Assembly: GCA_963921275.4 (NCBI GenBank)
Contig: OZ001293.3
Span: 2,240,001-2,304,000, forward strand
Reading direction: 5' to 3'
Length of the DNA: 64,000 bases
From: an uncultured Hormoscilla sp.
Lineage (GTDB): Bacteria > Cyanobacteriota > Cyanobacteriia > Cyanobacteriales > Desertifilaceae
Shown here one piece after another: positions 57,658 through 64,000 of the stretch (its first letter is position 1; the number at the start of each line of letters is the position of its first letter). The position numbers were made by a program, and so were the translations under genes. The notes below the pieces were generated by a model that was given only the letters and a program-made list of their open reading frames with translations, searched no databases and had not been told where the DNA came from.

Positions 57658-57975
57658 AACGGGCACAAGTGAATATCTAACGGGCACAGGTAAATATCCA
57701 ACGGGCACAGGTGAATATCCAACGGGCACAAGTGAATATCCAACGGGCACAGGTGAATATCCAACGGGCACAAGTGAATATCCAACGGGCACAGGTGAAT
57801 ATCCAACGGGCACAGGTGAATATCCAACGGGCACAGGTGAATATCCAATGGGCACAGGTGAATATCCAACGGGCACAGGCGAATATCCAACGGGCACAGG
57901 TCACTACCTAACGCCGACTGTTTACTACCCAACGCCAACTGTTCGCTACCCAACGCCGACTGTTCACTACCCAAC
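57658..57975. repeat. 21-bp tandem repeat array with two unit types
   Basis: AACGGGCACAGGTGAATATCC about x12, then AACGCCGACTGTTCACTACCC about x3-4. Confidence 0.93.
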
Positions 57976-58811
57976 ACGGGAGATTAACTGTGTTGGACAC
58001 AGTTTATTTGCCTTGTCTAATCTATCATACTCACAACCTCGCTACCTTGTCAACCACCATATTCTCCCCATATTAATTTACATTTCTGATGCCCTGCTCC
58101 GACATTCTATCTGGCCGGGGCCCGGCGGTAATCCCATTTTCCCACGAACCGAAATCTTTTTAATGCCTTGCCCCGACATTCTATCTGGCCGGGCCCGGCG
58201 GCGATATCGCCTTTTCCCATGACATGAACCTACAGATCTCTGATGCTCTGCCCCGACATAACCTTGGCGATATCGCATCCCGACATGATTTTTGCCCTCC
58301 CATCGGCATTGTCGTGCTATTAAATTGCATAGGCCAAAAAGCTGAGCTCCTTGTTATCAAATGTTTTCTAAATTTTGAATGAGAAAGAAATAATTTTTAA
58401 TTGCTTACCAAGTCGGTCACTTCTGAATAATTCGAGCGTTTTTCCTAAGGGCGATCGCCGCCCCCAAAGCCTCTGTTTTTATAATAACAGCCAGTGTTTT
58501 TCTCCCGCCCCCAAACTCTTACCAATCAATTAAAATTATTTCCCAAACTCCTTGACATTCAGATTTTAATGCCTTAATATAATCAAGGAATAGTTCCCAG
58601 GAATGTGCAAATTCTCTGAATCAACCCTCCAAGAAGAACCGGTAAGGATTATCCTCATTGGGGCACCGAAAGCCGTCAAAATCGTCATAGACATGTTGTA
58701 GTACTGGCGGATTGTCTAAATTGATGAATGGACTGAAGTTAAGGGTTTCAAGGATTATAAGAAAGTGAAGATAATCGCGATTAAGATCGTATATATCTTC
58801 TAAACCTCTGG

Positions 58812-59098
58812 CCCTTAAAACCGAGTTTTTCAGTTCTTGAACCGGATGCTTAAATAGCTATTTTAGATGCCTCGGTAGGGAAGTTCTGGGAGTGTCTTGA
58901 TTTCGTATTTTTCGTACTGAAGAGCTATCTTTGAGAGTTGCACAAAGATGACCAGATAGCGAATTACTGTCCACAACAGGAATATGGCAATTGCGTAGAG
59001 TAACAGGTATTGCACGATCAGATCCTCTGTTTGATATGTACTTATCTTAGCACAAGAGCGCTCATCTAACAATCCGCGATCTCCATTGCTTGCCCTTT
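58812..59098 (-). repeat. Diverged duplicate of ~61146-61430 (intergenic region plus 5' end of the M50 peptidase gene)
   Basis: Shared GATCCTCTGTTTGATA..TGTACTTATCTTAGCACAAGAGCGCTCATCTAACAATCC and flanking coding similarity. Confidence 0.88.
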
Positions 59099-59106
59099 GA
59101 CGTATG

Positions 59107-61344
59107 TCACCATTGAGATGCTTCCAGATCCTGAGCTTTTTGCTCGTCGGCGTGAGCCCCCTCTTCATCTCCCAACTCACGGCAGGCCTCGCTGCGGAGC
59201 CAATAGGCTTCGGCAAAGTTTGGTTTTAGCTTGATCGCTTGACTGGCATCGGCGATCGCGCTCTCGTAGTCCTGCAACTCCATATTTACGCTCGCACGTT
59301 CGAGGTAAGCATTGGCATCCTTCGGGTTCTGCTGTATGGCTCGATCTATATCTGCGATCGCGCTCTCGTAGTCCTGCAACATCATATTTGCATGGGCACG
59401 TTCGAGGTAAGCATTGGCATCCTTCGGGTTCTGCTGTATGGCTCGATCTATATCTGCGATCGCCTCTTCGTAGTCCTGCAATATCATATTTGCGCGAGCA
59501 CGTGTAAGGTAAGCATTGGCATCCTTCGGGTTCTGTTGCAACGCTTGGTTAGCCCGATCCTCGATCGGAGCGGCGATCAAGGCATTAGCTTTGAGGTCAT
59601 CTTCCTTTGCACCCTGTTCGTCACCCATCTGACGACGAACCGCACTCCGCATCTGATAAGCTTTAGTTGAGTTGGGGTCGATCTATATGGCTAGATATAG
59701 ATCTGCGATCGCGCGATCGTAGTCCTGCAACATCCTATTTGCCTGCGCGCGTTTTAAGTAAGCACTAACATCATTAGGGTTCTGTTGCAAAGCTTGATTT
59801 GCACTCTCTATTTTCTCCTGAATGAAAGCTTGATTCGCACTCTCCCTTTGCTCATCAATGATTGTTTCAATGATTGTTCCGATAATTTTTTCTGGAAATT
59901 TTGCCGGATTTTCAATCGCAGTTATATATCTTTTCCACTGTGGAGCCATTGCCCGAATAGTTCCCGCCAAGCCTCCCAGCAAGCTTGCACAATATAGTCC
60001 TATGAGCAAAACTCGCGTCGTCCATTTGCTCCGAGCTTCTTGATGCCGCTGCAGCAGGTTTTTGGCTAGCTGATACCGCCGAGCAAAATCCTGTTTTCCA
60101 TAGCGGGACTGCTTAATTGTTTGATAGATTAAATGCAGGAGACTATCTTTGTCTACCGATGATAGCTGACGTAGTTCTTTTCGCAATTTTACATCAATTT
60201 CGGCAGTTTTGAAACCCAGGGGAATGGTCAGACCCACCCCAACGGCAATGAACAGCAGGATCGGATATTCCATTCCCAGCAATACCAACATTACCACAGC
60301 AAACAGCTTGAACATCACGTCTGTATAGGGATAGCGAGAAAACAATAGTAAGTCAGCGACTTTCTCACCATCCAATGGATAGATAGGCAGCAAGTTAAAC
60401 AAATTAATACCAATCAACATCCCGCTGGCTGCTGCTAGCCATACGGGAAATTCCGATTTCTCGTAGATGGCAATAGCAAGTCCGATGCCCATGACTAACC
60501 CTGGAAGGGGTCCGGCCAGTAGTACCCAAACCTTTTCCGTGAGAGTAGCTTCCTCCTTATGTCCTGTGGCTGCTGCGCCAAAGAACGGTATGAAGAAAAT
60601 CGACTTATCCTGATAGCCAAAGCATTTCATTGCCAGAAAATGACCGGCTTCGTGCAGAAAGATGACGCCGATAAGAATCAGCAAAAATTGCAGATGCAAA
60701 AAACTGACCCAGTCTAACAGTGAGATAAACGAGATGGCAAACAACACCAGACTTCCCACCAAGATTGGGCCTGCCATTTTTCGCTTAACATAGTCCCTTT
60801 CTAACTGCTGCATCCAAAGAAAATTCTCAACTTCAATTTCTACGGGAATGTCTACCTCAATTGTCGGATCGGTTTTAACAAGTTCCTGGCGTTCCTTATT
60901 GAGTTTTTGTAATAGGATCTTATTTTTTTCAAATTTTATTGCTTCTTTTATGACCATTAAAAAACTAGATTTAAATTTTTTTGTTCCCTTAATTTGTAAT
61001 ATTTGACGTAAATATACAAGACTATCTATGTATATTTTTTCGCATATTTCTAGAGCTTTCAAAAATGTTATTAGTGCTAGTAATACACCCCATTATTGGC
61101 GCAGATATAAACTAAACATTTCCTCAATTTGTAAGCAGCAACATCCCTTAAAGCCGAGTTTTTTCAGTTCTATAACCGGATGCTTAAATAGCTGTTTTAG
61201 ATGCCCGGGAAATTCCTTGATATCCTTGCTTTCATACTTTCCATACTGGATCGCCATCTTTGAGAATTGCCAAAATATAACTAGAAAAGCAATTACTTTT
61301 CACAACAGGAATAAGGCAATTAGGTAGAGTAACAGGTATGGCAC
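59107..61344 (-). pseudogene. Site-2 protease (M50) plus TPR protein, broken
   Basis: HEAGH, LAGP, NLLPIYPLDG motifs and 102-bp TPR repeats at about 59240-59545. Stops and frameshifts at the 5' end and near 59685. Confidence 0.85.
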
Positions 61345-61397
61345 GATCGGATCCTCTGTTTGATACTATGTACTTATCTTAGCACAAGAGCGCTCAT

Positions 61398-63240
<1,843 letters not shown>

Positions 63241-63244
<4 letters not shown>

Positions 63245-63999
63245 TTTGTTTTTGTCCTTTTTTTGTTCTCATTCACCCATGATAAAGCCTCTTTAGCCGC
63301 TGCTTGTTCTGCAGCTTTGCGCGATCGGCCCTTTCCCGTCCCGTACCGCTGACCCAACAGCCAGACTTCCGCTGTAAATTGATCCTTACCATTATCCTGA
63401 GTGGGCCTAGTGCGATATTCTGGCAAAACTTTGTGGCAGGCTTGAGTCCATTCTTGCAATGCTGATTTATAGTCCAGATAGGCGGTATCGGCGATAATTT
63501 CTGCTGCTAACCTTTTGAAGTGGGGGTCTAACCAAGGTCGGATTAATTCTAGGGTGTGAGTGCTCAGGTAGAGGGCTCCTAACACCGCTTCAAAGGCATC
63601 TGCTACCCGTGATTGACGCCCCATTTCGTCTCTGGCCGCACTGCGATCGATCAGCAGATATCGCTCAAATCCATATATATCCGCTAACTGGGCCAGCACC
63701 CGATCGCTCACTAGAACTTTTCTGATCGCCGAAAACTGCCCTACAGAACAGTCGGGATAGATTTCTAATAGCAAATCAGACGCTGCCATCCGCACCACTG
63801 CATCCCCTAGGAACTCCAACTGTTCGTAGTTCGATCGCGTAGCGTGCGCGCAGCGCAATCCTGGTGAGAATGTCGGATGGGTGAGCGCCTTGTCCAGTAA
63901 AGGCCATTTCAGTTGCACCCGATCTGGCAATCCCAGTTTCTGTACTAAGCTTTCTAACTCCCGCTGTCTGCGCGGATAAACAACTTTCTCTTCTACCAT
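63241..63999 (-). CDS. rnc: Ribonuclease III with an 8-aa repeat-derived insert
   Basis: YEQLEFLGD, ADAFEA, DYKSALQE, AEQAAA motifs. Confidence 0.95.
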
Positions 64000-64000
64000 C

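Noticed and set aside
57418..58222. Repeat-protein ORFs (EYPTGTG, VPVGYSP and similar)
   Set aside because: Several frames are open only because the 21-bp unit lacks stops. There is no other coding evidence.

Overview
A 64-kb window from a cyanobacterium, indicated by dense HIP1 GCGATCGC octamers, heptamer tandem repeats and crtR/gvp/petJ/nblB/ycf51-type genes. The heavy pseudogene and mobile-DNA load suggests a host-associated filamentous lineage, but that is inference. Intact housekeeping genes (sufU, bioF, sppA, aroH, crtR, ppk1, trx, fabG, rnc) are interspersed with decayed signalling, gas-vesicle, WD40/STAND and amidase genes. Four layers of non-gene structure stand out. (1) A family of ORF-less group II introns whose EBS1/EBS2 loops differ between members and match their own insertion sites. 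It includes a nested IS630 > intron A > (antisense intron B + sense intron C) structure, in which intron C's guides match a site conserved in domain I of the family itself. Two broken RT-encoding introns are also present. (2) A ~45-bp palindromic element that inserts in frame into proteins and repeatedly into its own loop, plus a 21-nt element that also adds in-frame peptides. (3) A putatively secreted LRR-Ig-RTX protein with 25 nearly clonal 72-bp repeats that vary almost only at ligand-facing codons. (4) IS630, ISKra4 (with a 149-bp MITE) and IS5 elements. No CRISPR array, rRNA or tRNA was recognised. Many frameshifts fall in homopolymers, so some may be sequencing errors.
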